Below, in pieces: positions 1-10,085 of a stretch of DNA of 47,024 nucleotides. Within the stretch, counting starts at the first letter, position 1, and each line of letters begins with the position of its first letter. Below the pieces are notes generated by a model. That model was not told the origin of the DNA. It did not search any database and worked only from the letters and a program-made list of their open reading frames with translations. The stretch lies in sequence record SRR20825010_2269. One strand, 5' to 3'. The translations under genes and the position numbers were made by a program.

Positions 1-1269
1 CTGTGGATGCTTGTACTCATATAGACTCAACGGGAGCGCCACATCAAACCAATACGACTCGTAGCGAGGTGTCACACTTAAACTATTTGCGTGTCTCAAA
101 CCGAATTGCTTTTTTCCAACGGGGATTCCTTGAATTATTGTACTGTTCACATAAATTCGCGAAGCCCAAAGGTTGTAATCGAACTGAACAGAAGCGAAGG
201 TTGGAAGCCGAACTTTGTTTGTCTTTCGGACAACTCCATCAGCCGGTGGATTTTGTTGTGCAGAAAAAAGATCCAAAGGTGCATCTTCATCCACATCTTC
301 GTTAGCGTAATTTAACCATGTGTATTGCTCGAAATCATACGCCCGGTACTGCTGATCATCTTCATCAAACTTTACGGAGCCAATATCCATTATAGAGACC
401 CCAACTTTGTACTTGTAAGGAACCTTTCGACAACCGACTTTTGGGGAATTCGGATAATAAGAGGCTGCTTCTCCCAACATTTTCTGATAGGTAAAACCCA
501 AGTCCAATCCCATACCTCCTTTGGCATTAAATCGCGGATTTGACGTATACATTAAATCCGATTGTAAACTCACGACATTCGCTACGGAGTCATTATCTAC
601 TAAAAAGTCGAAATTATATACGTTTGCACCTGCTGCTCCGATAGAGAAAAACTTGGAAAAACTAATTCCCCCCATAAGCATGTCCCTTCTTTTTTTGAGA
701 AAAGTATATGCGAATGATCCTTTTATTTCGGCAAAATTGATCGATGCAACCCTCAACTTCTCAACACTATAATCGATATCATGTTGCTCCGTGTAACTTG
801 GAACACCATTCTCAATAAATTGCGCCACGTAAGTTGGAACCTTTCTCACGGCTGTATAACTTCTCCCTGTGAAAGCAAGTCCAGCGGCAAAATCACCTTG
901 ACTCCAAACAGCGCTCGGAGCCGCAACAATATTTCTATTGTAAGCATGATAAAATTTCTTTCCTTGATCGTACCCAATATCGTCTTCGGAAGGAAGGTCT
1001 GATTCATTTTTCTCTCCTCTAGAAACTTTACTAATATCTCTTAGGAGCGAAATCCATGAATTATCTTTCAAGAAAACCAAATCGTTGTTTACGTAAGAAC
1101 CAACTCCAACAATATTAATGTCGAGCCAAACTTTTGCATCCAACATGCTCGAAGGATTAACATATACCCCGTTTGTAGGCGTGAAATTACTGTTCAATGC
1201 TCCCATTGAATTCTGCGAAACTCCATAAAAAGTCCCCAAGAGTGCTGAAAAAGCAAGGAAGTACCTCAA
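1..1269 (-). CDS. DUF5723-family outer-membrane beta-barrel protein (partial, runs off the left edge)
   Basis: Not in the ORF track because it has no stop in the window. Hand translation from TTG at 1269 is open to position 1: MRYFLAFSALLGTFYGVSQNSMGALNSNFTPTNGVYVNPSSMLDAKVWLDINIVGVG...GMGLDLGFTYQ...YKVGVSIMDIGSVKF...VRLPTFASVQFDY. Signal peptide and the SN..G..NPSS / D(L/I)G motifs fit DUF5723. Confidence 0.75.
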   Translation of the reverse strand, partial: MRYFLAFSALLGTFYGVSQNSMGALNSNFTPTNGVYVNPSSMLDAKVWLDINIVGVGSYVNNDLVFLKDNSWISLLRDISKVSRGEKNESDLPSEDDIGYDQGKKFYHAYNRNIVAAPSAVWSQGDFAAGLAFTGRSYTAVRKVPTYVAQFIENGVPSYTEQHDIDYSVEKLRVASINFAEIKGSFAYTFLKKRRDMLMGGISFSKFFSIGAAGANVYNFDFLVDNDSVANVVSLQSDLMYTSNPRFNAKGGMGLDLGFTYQKMLGEAASYYPNSPKVGCRKVPYKYKVGVSIMDIGSVKFDEDDQQYRAYDFEQYTWLNYANEDVDEDAPLDLFSAQQNPPADGVVRKTNKVRLPTFASVQFDYNLWASRIYVNSTIIQGIPVGKKQFGLRHANSLSVTPRYESYWFDVALPLSLYEYKHPQ

Positions 1270-1272
1270 TTG

Positions 1273-2274
1273 TTAACCTATTCTTTTAATCAAATCAACT
1301 AGGCGATTCGAGTAGCCTGCTTCGTTATCGTACCAGCCAACCACTTTTACCATATTTCCAATTACGCTTGTTAACTCTGCGTCAAAAATGCAACTGTTTG
1401 GATTGCCAATAATGTCAACCGAAACAATAGGATCTTCTGTATAGGCAAGAATGTTCTTCAGGTCTCCCTCAGAAGCTTTATTCATTGCAGCTTTGATCTG
1501 CTCCTCTGTTGGAGGATTTTTCACAACCAACGTTAAATCCGTCATCGATCCATCTGGAACAGGAACACGTACACCGCAGCCACCAATCTTTCCGTCCAAT
1601 TCAGGAAAAATTTTCGCTAGCGCCTTTGCAGCACCAGTTGTGGTAGGTACAATTGATTCCGCTGCTGCTCTCGCACGTCTCAAATCAGAATGTGGTGCGT
1701 CATGCAATCGTTGATCGGATGTATAACTATGAACTGTTGTAATAAATGCACTCTCAATTTCGCAAATTTCTTTAAGAACCTTGAGCATTGGAGCTGCCGA
1801 GTTTGTTGTACATGATGCATTCGAAACAATTACATCTGAATCATTCAGAAGGTGATCATTCACACCTAAAACAACCGTTTTTATTGTCTCATCTTTTGCC
1901 GGAGCTGAAAGAACAACTTTCTTTGCACCACCTTTTAAATGTTTCAACGCCTCTTCTTCAGTTCTAAAAATGCCCGTTGACTCTAATACAATCTCCACCC
2001 CATAGTCTGACCAAGGAATTTCTTCGGGATTTCGATGTGATAAAAAATGGATCTCCTTTCCATTTTCAAATATGAGTTTATTTCCATCAATAGTAAAGCT
2101 GTGCTTCAGTCCTCGATGGACGCTATCGTACTTAAACAAATGAGCAAGTGTCTTTACATCAGCCAAGTCATTCACCACAGCAACGTTCACTTCAGCACTT
2201 TCCAACGTCATTCTTGTAAAGTATCTTCCAATCCTTCCAAAACCATTTACTCCAACCATCTTCATATTCGACAT
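1273..2274 (-). CDS. gap: Glyceraldehyde-3-phosphate dehydrogenase, type I
   Basis: GVNGFGRIGR Rossmann motif, SNASCTTN catalytic motif, RRARAAA, WYDNE. Confidence 0.96.
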   Translation of the reverse strand: MSNMKMVGVNGFGRIGRYFTRMTLESAEVNVAVVNDLADVKTLAHLFKYDSVHRGLKHSFTIDGNKLIFENGKEIHFLSHRNPEEIPWSDYGVEIVLESTGIFRTEEEALKHLKGGAKKVVLSAPAKDETIKTVVLGVNDHLLNDSDVIVSNASCTTNSAAPMLKVLKEICEIESAFITTVHSYTSDQRLHDAPHSDLRRARAAAESIVPTTTGAAKALAKIFPELDGKIGGCGVRVPVPDGSMTDLTLVVKNPPTEEQIKAAMNKASEGDLKNILAYTEDPIVSVDIIGNPNSCIFDAELTSVIGNMVKVVGWYDNEAGYSNRLVDLIKRIG

Positions 2275-2330
2275 TTCTTCGTGAGATATAAAGTTAAAGG
2301 TTCAGAGAGGATATCGAAACTATTTTCAAT

Positions 2331-2361
2331 AAAAAAGGGCATTCTTTTCAGAATGCCCTTT
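2331..2361 (-). terminator. Rho-independent terminator of the T9SS cargo gene
   Basis: Inverted repeat AAAGGGCATTC-N6-GAATGCCCTTT; on the minus strand it ends in a T-run just after the stop at 2379. Confidence 0.85.
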
Positions 2362-2378
2362 CAACTGCTTAACAGTTA

Positions 2379-5279
2379 CTATTTTACAACTTGAATGAAG
2401 CCCTGTTTTTCAACTTCAACTCCACTTTCAAGTGTTGCAGTGATATAATAGAAGTACGTTCCTTCTTCAACAACTTTACCTCCCTTTGTTCTACCGTCCC
2501 ATGTCCCATTAGGATCATTAAAATCATAAATCTGGTTACCCCATCTATTCACAATTGTACAGTTGAATTTCGTTACTCCTTGCTGATCAACAGACCAAAG
2601 GTTGTTTCCACTCATTGAAGAGAGGGAGATAATATTCGGAGCTTCAACTCCACAATATTTGTTCGTAACAACCCCAGATTGTGTGTCGCTATGGCAACTA
2701 TTACTTGCGGTTACGGTGTATACTCCTGGCTGAGAAACCGTAATCATAGGTCCTGTAGCTCCTGTATTCCATACGTATGTATTCTCTGGTGCACCCTGTA
2801 ACGCATATAGATCATACGAAGATCCTTCACAAATTTCAACATCTGAGACGCCCGTGTACACATAAGGTATTATGTCAATAATGGCACTTGAAGATACATT
2901 ACACACAGTATCTGTAAAGGTAATAGTATACTGTCCATGGGTACTCGCCCAGAAAGAAGGATTAAGCACATTCGTCATACTGAAGTGAATCGCTGTATCA
3001 GATGCAGACCAAATTCCACCATTGTAAGACTGTGTTCCTGTTATCTGCATGTTATAGTTACAAACAATCTGATCATCTAGTATGCTTGGAGGCGCGATAA
3101 ACTCTATTGTGGTACTTGTTGAATTTCCACATGCATTGTCCACAAAATTAATCACATACACTCCAGAATTCTGAGATGAAATGGTTGGATTAGTCGCATT
3201 TGCATTTGGACTGAACGACACATCGCTAGATGGACAACTCCAAACACCACCTGTTGTATACACATTGGTTCCTGTGACGTCAAAACTCAAATCACATATA
3301 GAAGTGTCATCAAAAATTTCGGGCAATCCTGGGAAAATAATTTGAGCATAAACAGTATCGTAACAACTTTGATCTATAAACCCTACGGTGTACGTTCCGG
3401 CGGTTGAAGTTGAAATGAGTGGGTTTAATGCATTTACATTCGGTGAAAACGAAATTTCAGGTGATGGAGAAAACCATACTACATCATCATACGCCTGTGT
3501 CCCTGAAACCTGCAGTGAAAAATTACACGCAATTGTATCATTAAAAATTCCAGCCGTTGGAATCACATACAATGTTACCGTAGTATCATAGTAGCAACCA
3601 AAGTCGTCAGTAATCGCATACGTGTATGAATAGTTCCCTGGGATATTCGGTTGAACAACGATTGCCGTATCATTCTGTCCAGATATGATTGTAGGATCAT
3701 TTAACCATCCTGATGTAACCATGTCGTTTTGATAACCAGAAACTCCTGGGAAATAAGATGGATCAAAAAACAATCCCCATTCAAAAATATATCCATCATC
3801 CACTGTTAAGTTGTCTTGAACAATAATTGTCCATTGACCATTTACTGGACATCCAGCAAATGCAGCAAAACTAGTTTCAGGAAGATAAACCCCATTTGGA
3901 TTCATTGAAGGTCCATTATTCCCAAAGTTCGGAGCAGGAATGGTGTTTCCTAGCCCAAGTTCTACCGGGTAAGTACCCCATGTATTAAATACAGAACTGA
4001 AGCAGTATTCCCAGCCTTCACCAGGTCCTCCACCTCCGAAGTCATCGATTGGGTCACCTAAATAAGTACCACCACCACCTGTTCCTCCAGGAATAAATCC
4101 AGGAGCATACGAGTTCAATAATGTTACTTGTGTCCCATTTGGACATTGTAGTGCAATTTCAAGATCTCCCAAGTACGAATGCTCCATTGTAATACAAACT
4201 TGATTTAAATCTTGCGCTGTATTAATTACAGATCCAGCTGGAAACCCTGCAATATCAATTGGTGCGTTATACTGAGCCCCAGAACCATCAGGTAAATAAG
4301 TAAGTCCCGCGAACGATCCTCCTAATTGAAAAGATCCAGGTGGAATATTAATTCCTACAGTATCAGTTGGAGAAATCCCACCAATTAATGTTGTGTTTTG
4401 CCCAAGACATACAGTATCTTCTAGCGGTCCTGTTCCTGCGAAGCTCGGTAATTGAGAAACGCGGACTTTACAAAGCATTCGCAGCGATTGTGGAAACTCG
4501 TCTGTTGTTTTTAAGTCAATTAAAAATCCGTTTCGCGTTGGAGGTGTAAACCAGATGGAATCGTTATTAGGATATGTTCCACCATCTGAAATAATCCACT
4601 CGTAAGTCATGTTATCAACATTCTGAGAATATCCGTACCCCGTCGATTCCAATGAATAGGGAAATAATGGTCGAGCAATAAATAAAACACTGTCTCCAAA
4701 ACATATATCAACAAAACCTGTATCCGAAGGATTAAGTGCATCTGGTCCAATTCCATTCACGTAAGCTTCAATATGTGGTTCGAACGGTTGAGCCTGATTA
4801 CCACATGCGGCATTTGCTACCCATCCAGTTCCTTCCACTGCGCCATCTGAAATGAACACAACAGTTAAACAACCACTCGGGTTGTTCCATGAAGCAATGT
4901 GCGAAAAACCATTTGGATCTGTCACCGAGTTGTGAACTCCCATAAGAGGCGCAGATGTATTTGGTCCGTCATAAACATAAATTGAATCTGAACCATCAAC
5001 ATCAAACTCATACCCAGAGTTGATCCCAAACGTAATTGTCATTTTTGTTCCCGTAGTCAAATCAGGACATAAAAAAACCGTGTCATTAAAGTTAGGAGAA
5101 TAATTTCCTGCTGCACCGTCATCAAAAAAGTTACTTCCAGCACCTCCAAAGACATCGCAGTCGACAGGGTTTTGCTGATTGAAACTTGCACCGCCCATGA
5201 TCACTACCTGACCAAAGGAAACTATTGTGGTCATTAAAAAACCAACTAACGCAAAATATTTTGTAATGTTCTTTCTCAT
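2379..5279 (-). CDS. Secreted T9SS type-B CTD (gliding motility-associated C-terminal domain) protein with CUB-like domain, proprotein-convertase P-domain and Ig-like repeats
   Basis: Signal peptide; CUB-like DSIYVYDGP...SGCLTVVFISDG; P-domain MEHSYLGDLEIALQCPNG...NGQWTIIVQD; three related ~75-aa Cys/Trp repeats; C-terminal NRWGNQIY...WDG...GTYFYYI...GFIQVVK. Confidence 0.85.
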   Translation of the reverse strand: MRKNITKYFALVGFLMTTIVSFGQVVIMGGASFNQQNPVDCDVFGGAGSNFFDDGAAGNYSPNFNDTVFLCPDLTTGTKMTITFGINSGYEFDVDGSDSIYVYDGPNTSAPLMGVHNSVTDPNGFSHIASWNNPSGCLTVVFISDGAVEGTGWVANAACGNQAQPFEPHIEAYVNGIGPDALNPSDTGFVDICFGDSVLFIARPLFPYSLESTGYGYSQNVDNMTYEWIISDGGTYPNNDSIWFTPPTRNGFLIDLKTTDEFPQSLRMLCKVRVSQLPSFAGTGPLEDTVCLGQNTTLIGGISPTDTVGINIPPGSFQLGGSFAGLTYLPDGSGAQYNAPIDIAGFPAGSVINTAQDLNQVCITMEHSYLGDLEIALQCPNGTQVTLLNSYAPGFIPGGTGGGGTYLGDPIDDFGGGGPGEGWEYCFSSVFNTWGTYPVELGLGNTIPAPNFGNNGPSMNPNGVYLPETSFAAFAGCPVNGQWTIIVQDNLTVDDGYIFEWGLFFDPSYFPGVSGYQNDMVTSGWLNDPTIISGQNDTAIVVQPNIPGNYSYTYAITDDFGCYYDTTVTLYVIPTAGIFNDTIACNFSLQVSGTQAYDDVVWFSPSPEISFSPNVNALNPLISTSTAGTYTVGFIDQSCYDTVYAQIIFPGLPEIFDDTSICDLSFDVTGTNVYTTGGVWSCPSSDVSFSPNANATNPTISSQNSGVYVINFVDNACGNSTSTTIEFIAPPSILDDQIVCNYNMQITGTQSYNGGIWSASDTAIHFSMTNVLNPSFWASTHGQYTITFTDTVCNVSSSAIIDIIPYVYTGVSDVEICEGSSYDLYALQGAPENTYVWNTGATGPMITVSQPGVYTVTASNSCHSDTQSGVVTNKYCGVEAPNIISLSSMSGNNLWSVDQQGVTKFNCTIVNRWGNQIYDFNDPNGTWDGRTKGGKVVEEGTYFYYITATLESGVEVEKQGFIQVVK

Positions 5280-5286
5280 CCTTCTA

Positions 5287-5649
5287 TTACTTATTCATTT
5301 CGTGATTCAATACCCATTCAGATTTCATCACAAGCATTTTCTTTTGCCCCGCTATAACGAAATATTGATTTTCCTTTTTGATTTCCAATCCAAGTTCAAT
5401 ATACGATGGTAAATTTTCAATATCTACCGTAATTGTTTCTGCATTAACACTTTTTCCTTCAGGGAGGTCAGCAAGATACAACGCGTTATCTAGCGCATAC
5501 ATCATTAGTGAAAGCTGTTGTGGATTAGATGACTTGATTTGAGCTAGTTCTGAGGAAGAATATCGCTCCAAAAGGCGACTATCAAAATCTTGTGAAAATG
5601 CTACCCCAGATAGAAAAAGCATTATACACAACGGAAAAAGTAATTTCAT
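5287..5649 (-). CDS. Hypothetical secreted protein
   Basis: 120-aa ORF with Sec signal peptide (MKLLFPLCIMLFLSGVAFSQ), 7 nt upstream of the T9SS gene, with a promoter upstream. Confidence 0.8.
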   Translation of the reverse strand: MKLLFPLCIMLFLSGVAFSQDFDSRLLERYSSSELAQIKSSNPQQLSLMMYALDNALYLADLPEGKSVNAETITVDIENLPSYIELGLEIKKENQYFVIAGQKKMLVMKSEWVLNHEMNK

Positions 5650-5677
5650 ACGTTTATTAGTTTAGTTGTTGGAAGTT

Positions 5678-5685
5678 CAAATCTA
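5678..5685 (-). promoter_or_regulatory. Bacteroidota housekeeping promoter -7 element (TAGATTTG)
   Basis: Matches TAnnTTTG, about 30 nt upstream of the ATG at 5649. Confidence 0.6.
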
Positions 5686-5777
5686 TTCTACAAATAATAG
5701 ACTCTAGATGTTCATAAAAAGTTGCATTTGACTTAAAAGTGTGCAAAATCTTAACAGTCAAATTTAAGAATTAAAGT

Positions 5778-5785
5778 TAATTTTG
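5778..5785 (+). promoter_or_regulatory. Bacteroidota -7 promoter element (TAATTTTG) of the transketolase operon
   Basis: Matches TAnnTTTG, 38 nt upstream of the ATG at 5824. Confidence 0.6.
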
Positions 5786-5823
5786 CAACGACTTCAAACA
5801 ATCGTAAATACAGACAGAATCCG

Positions 5824-6666
5824 ATGAACGTTCAAGAATTAGAAAAAATTGCATCCCAAGTAAGAAGAGACATAGTAAGAATGGTATCTGGAGCGAGTTC
5901 AGGCCACCCTGGAGGATCGCTTGGCTGCGCAGATTTCCTTACCCTTCTCTATTTTGACATCATGAATCATTCAGCGGAAGATTTTTCCATGGATGCTATC
6001 AACGAAGACGTTTTTTATCTTTCAAATGGTCACATTTCGCCTGTTTGGTACAGTGTTTTGGCTAGATCTGGTTATTTCCCAGTGAATGAGCTTGGAACTT
6101 TTAGAAAAATTTCATCTCGCTTACAAGGTCACCCATCTACGGATAAAAATATCCCAGGAATTCGAATGGCTTCTGGGTCTTTAGGTCAAGGGCTTTCTTG
6201 TGCAATAGGTACTGCGCAAGTAAAAAAACTAAATGGTGACAAATCGCTTGTATTCACGTTACATGGAGACGGAGAGTTACAGGAAGGTCAAATTTGGGAA
6301 GCAGCAATGTACGCAGCTGCTAAAAAAGTAGATAATGTAATTGCAACCATCGATTTCAATGGAAGACAAATTGACGGTGATTTGGATGACGTGCTCTCTT
6401 TAGGTAACTTAAAACAAAAATGGCAAGCTTTTGGTTGGGAAGTTCTTGAAATGGACGGTCACAACTTGACAGAAATGCAAGAAGTCGTTAATAAAGCAAA
6501 GTCACTCACAGGCGCTGGTAAACCAATTGTGATTATCATGACGACTGAGATGGGACAAGGTGTCGATTATATGATGGGATCTCATAAATGGCATGGTGTT
6601 GCTCCAAATGATGAACAATTAGCGCTTGCGTTGGATCAACTTGACGAAACATTAGGTGATTATTAA
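5824..6666 (+). CDS. Transketolase, N-terminal (ThDP-binding) subunit
   Basis: SGHPGGSLG, LSNGH, RLQGHP, GSLGQG, GDGELQEGQIWEA ThDP motif, KWHG. Confidence 0.95.
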   Translation: MNVQELEKIASQVRRDIVRMVSGASSGHPGGSLGCADFLTLLYFDIMNHSAEDFSMDAINEDVFYLSNGHISPVWYSVLARSGYFPVNELGTFRKISSRLQGHPSTDKNIPGIRMASGSLGQGLSCAIGTAQVKKLNGDKSLVFTLHGDGELQEGQIWEAAMYAAAKKVDNVIATIDFNGRQIDGDLDDVLSLGNLKQKWQAFGWEVLEMDGHNLTEMQEVVNKAKSLTGAGKPIVIIMTTEMGQGVDYMMGSHKWHGVAPNDEQLALALDQLDETLGDY

Positions 6667-6675
6667 ATCAATTTT

Positions 6676-8028
6676 TTGAAAAAACTCATTCCTATACTGT
6701 TTTTATTGCTTTCTACTCCAATTTTAGGACAGGAGCAAAAAACGCGCATTTTGTTTATTCTAGACGCGTCTAACAGTATGAATGCAAGATGGGGAACTCA
6801 AACCCGAATAGAAGCAGCCAAAGAACTTTTAGCAAAAACAGCCGACGACCTGCGTGATGTACCAAATTTGGAAATTGCACTGCGTGTTTATGGTCATCAA
6901 TCGCCAATTACAGCGACTTATCAAGACTGTAATGATACCAAGCTAGAAGTACCTTTCGCAGCAGATAATTTTACAGCGGTTAAAAATCGGGTAAAAACAA
7001 TACAAGCCAAAGGAACAACTCCTATTGCTCGCTCATTAGAGGCTGCAGCAGACGATTTCCCTGATCAAACAACGCGGAATGTGATCATTCTCATAACCGA
7101 TGGATTAGAGGCTTGCGATAACGACCCCTGTGTAATTGCAAAAAAATTAAAGGACAAGGGAGTTTCGGTTACTCCATTTGTAATTGGGTTGGGAATGGAT
7201 TTATCCTACCTCGAGAAATTTAGGTGCATAGGAACGTATGAAGATGCCGAGACACCTGAATCATTTAAACTTGTTCTCCAAAATGTGGTGTCAAAAGCCT
7301 TATTGAATACTACGGTGCAAATCAATCTTAATGATGTTAGTATGCAGCCCACCGAAACGGATGTAACAATGTTCTTATATGAGGCTGGGACAACTAAATT
7401 GAAGTATACCTTTACCCATACACTGAATGGATATGGAAATCCGGATACGCTGATTATGGATCCTGCTCTCAAATACGATTTAGTGGTAAACACTATTCCA
7501 AGGGTTGAAAAGAAAAATATCTCTATTCAACGCAACATGCATAATACGATTGAGGTTGATGCTCCTCAAGGCTTTATTCAAGTCCGATTTTTAAATGCCG
7601 ATAAGCCATATCAAATTGATGTGCGCATTATGAAGCAAGGAGAAAATCAAACGTTAAACGTTCAAAAAATTGGATCTACCGATAAGTACATTGTAGGAAC
7701 GTATGAATTAGAAGTACTCACTCTTCCTAGAATGTATATTACAGTGAAGGTTGATCAAAGTGCTAAAAGTGACATTAATATCAAAGCTCCCGGTTTCTTC
7801 AGGTATTCGGGATCAAAAACAATAACAGGCCAGATTTTTGTTCAAAATAGCGATGGTTCTTGGGATTGGGTGACCAATTTAGAAGAAGGAGCACGTTATG
7901 GAGAAGTGAGACTTCAACCTGGCGAATATCGCATGGTATATCGCGAAAAACAGCTTAAATCATCGACCTACACGATGCAAAATAACTTTAGAATTAGTTC
8001 GAACAAAACAACATCTATTAAATTATGA
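6676..8028 (+). CDS. Secreted von Willebrand factor A (VWA) domain protein
   Basis: TTG start, signal peptide, MIDAS residues FILDASNSM (DxSxS), GTTPIA, LITDG; beta-rich C-terminal part. Confidence 0.88.
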   Translation: MKKLIPILFLLLSTPILGQEQKTRILFILDASNSMNARWGTQTRIEAAKELLAKTADDLRDVPNLEIALRVYGHQSPITATYQDCNDTKLEVPFAADNFTAVKNRVKTIQAKGTTPIARSLEAAADDFPDQTTRNVIILITDGLEACDNDPCVIAKKLKDKGVSVTPFVIGLGMDLSYLEKFRCIGTYEDAETPESFKLVLQNVVSKALLNTTVQINLNDVSMQPTETDVTMFLYEAGTTKLKYTFTHTLNGYGNPDTLIMDPALKYDLVVNTIPRVEKKNISIQRNMHNTIEVDAPQGFIQVRFLNADKPYQIDVRIMKQGENQTLNVQKIGSTDKYIVGTYELEVLTLPRMYITVKVDQSAKSDINIKAPGFFRYSGSKTITGQIFVQNSDGSWDWVTNLEEGARYGEVRLQPGEYRMVYREKQLKSSTYTMQNNFRISSNKTTSIKL

Positions 8029-8987
8029 TTGAGATCAAAAACATCGAAGTTCTTGGAAAAAAAGACACACGATCAGGCTTCGGCGAGGGCTTACTTGAAA
8101 TTGGAAAACAAAATGACGATGTTGTAGCGCTTTGTGCAGATCTTACCGGATCACTTAAAATGAATGCTTTTCAAGATGAATTTCCTGAACGCTTTTTTCA
8201 AGTAGGAATTGCAGAAGCAAACATGATGGGAATTGCCGCGGGAATGACAATTGGAGGGAAAATACCATATACTGGAACGTTCGCCAATTTCTCAACAGGA
8301 CGTGTTTATGACCAAATTCGTCAATCAATCGCATATTCAAAAAAGAATGTGAAAATCTGTGCTTCTCACGCTGGACTTACACTTGGAGAAGATGGTGCAA
8401 CACATCAAATTTTGGAAGATATTGGAATGATGAAGATGCTTCCGAATATGACTGTTATCGTTCCTTGTGATTTCAACCAAACAAAACTTGCGACAATGGC
8501 AATTGCCGATTTAGATAGTCCAGTTTACTTGCGATTTGGTCGTCCCTCGGTTCCTATTTTCACGCAACCAGATGCTGATTTTGTAATCGGAAAAGCGGAT
8601 ACGATTTTAGAAGGGACGGATGTAACAATTATTGCTTGCGGTCATCTTGTATGGAAAGCGATTGAAGCGGCTCAAGAATTAGCTAAACAAGGTATTTCTG
8701 CTGAAGTGATCAATATGCACACAATAAAACCTTTGGATGAAAAGGCAATTATCGCGTCTGTTGCAAAAACAGGTTGCGTTGTTACTGCAGAAGAACACAT
8801 GATTAATGGTGGACTCGGTGACTCTGTTGCTCAAGTTCTTGCTCGAAACACACCAGCACCTCAAGAATACGTTGGTGTAAATGATACGTTCGGTGAGAGC
8901 GGAAAACCGGAAGAGCTTCTAACAAAGTATGGAATTGATACAGTGAATGTTGTTGAAGCTGCTCAAAAAGTAATTAAACGCAAATAA
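8025..8987 (+). CDS. Transketolase, C-terminal (pyrimidine-binding) subunit
   Basis: [29 protein letters not shown]...GGLG motifs. Confidence 0.95.
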   Translation: MIEIKNIEVLGKKDTRSGFGEGLLEIGKQNDDVVALCADLTGSLKMNAFQDEFPERFFQVGIAEANMMGIAAGMTIGGKIPYTGTFANFSTGRVYDQIRQSIAYSKKNVKICASHAGLTLGEDGATHQILEDIGMMKMLPNMTVIVPCDFNQTKLATMAIADLDSPVYLRFGRPSVPIFTQPDADFVIGKADTILEGTDVTIIACGHLVWKAIEAAQELAKQGISAEVINMHTIKPLDEKAIIASVAKTGCVVTAEEHMINGGLGDSVAQVLARNTPAPQEYVGVNDTFGESGKPEELLTKYGIDTVNVVEAAQKVIKRK

Positions 8988-8993
8988 GCTAAG

Positions 8994-9554
8994 GTGAACC
9001 ACCGAGAAGATGAGTATATCGTCGAAGAATTCTTGAAAGGTGGAATCCGTTCTGAAAAAGCATTTACACTCCTCGTAAAAAATTACGGGGAGTTGTTGTA
9101 TTCGCAAATTCGTAGAATAACCAAAAATCACGAGCATACCAATGATGTGCTCCAAAACGTACTCGTAAAAGTCTACCAAAATCTCGGTGAATTTCGAGGA
9201 CAGTCGGCACTTTACACATGGATGTATCGCATTGCACGTAACGAAACGCTCAATTTCTTGGATAAGGAGAAAAGGCGAAGTGGCGTCGATATGGACGAGC
9301 GTCTTTTTGAAATAAAAGCAGGGCATCACCTACTCGATCAAATTGATTCAGAAACGATCGAACGATTGCTTTTGGAGGCCATCGATCTCCTCCCTGAAAA
9401 ACAAGCACTCGTATTTCAACTGAAGTATTTTGAAGATTTAAAATACAGCGAGATGTCCACACGCTTAAAAACCAGTGAAGGAGCGTTGAAAGCAAGTTTT
9501 CACATTGCTCGACAAAAAATTGAGGAATATTTACTTAAACAATTAAACCATTGA
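8994..9554 (+). CDS. ECF-family RNA polymerase sigma-70 factor
   Basis: Region 2 (DVLQNVLVKVY...LYTWMYRIARNE) and region 4 (LPEKQALVFQLKYFEDLKYSEMS...GALKASFH). Confidence 0.93.
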   Translation: MNHREDEYIVEEFLKGGIRSEKAFTLLVKNYGELLYSQIRRITKNHEHTNDVLQNVLVKVYQNLGEFRGQSALYTWMYRIARNETLNFLDKEKRRSGVDMDERLFEIKAGHHLLDQIDSETIERLLLEAIDLLPEKQALVFQLKYFEDLKYSEMSTRLKTSEGALKASFHIARQKIEEYLLKQLNH

Positions 9555-9571
9555 TATTTTCAATCGTCTAA
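9544..9571 (+). promoter_or_regulatory. Putative ECF-type promoter (TAAACC-N15-CGTCTAA) for the anti-sigma genes
   Basis: AAC -35 core and CGTC -10 core, overlapping the sigma stop codon, 9 nt before the next ATG. Confidence 0.55.
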
Positions 9572-9580
9572 CTTAAAGCC

Positions 9581-10084
9581 ATGGAAGAGCGAAAAAACAT
9601 ACTCGATCACATTTCTCCAACGAAATCTTCAATGCCCGAAGCGAACTACTTCGAAGGGCTGGCGAATCATATTATCCAGACTCAAGGCAAAAAAACAATT
9701 CCGTTTTACAAAAAACCAGTTGTTTGGATAGGTTCTGCCGCAGCTGTAGCCATTGGATTTGTGATTTTCACTTCCGTTTTCTCGGCGCCAGATCAATCCA
9801 ACGATCCACTTCTTGCCCTTCAGGAAGTTCCCACGGAGGAAATCTTAGATTACCTTCATGAAAACATCGATGATATTGATGAACTAGAAATTGAAGAGGT
9901 GATTTCGGATGCTTCTGTGGAAGTATTGAAAAGTACCATGAATGTTTCAACCGAGTCGTCTAAATCCATTCCTAAAACGGAGGACGTAAATTTTGACAAA
10001 ATTAGTTCGGATGATATTTTAAATTACTTAAACAGTGAAGGAATTGATCCTTCGGAATTAGAAGACGACAACTTATTTCTATAA
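9581..10084 (+). CDS. Putative anti-sigma factor (single transmembrane helix)
   Basis: Directly follows the ECF sigma; PEANYFE N-terminal motif, TM helix WIGSAAAVAIGFVIF, acidic C-terminus. Confidence 0.7.
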   Translation: MEERKNILDHISPTKSSMPEANYFEGLANHIIQTQGKKTIPFYKKPVVWIGSAAAVAIGFVIFTSVFSAPDQSNDPLLALQEVPTEEILDYLHENIDDIDELEIEEVISDASVEVLKSTMNVSTESSKSIPKTEDVNFDKISSDDILNYLNSEGIDPSELEDDNLFL

Positions 10085-10085
10085 A

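Noticed and set aside
3-1002. Five short plus-strand ORFs at the left edge
   Set aside because: They are antisense shadows of the continuous minus-strand DUF5723 frame
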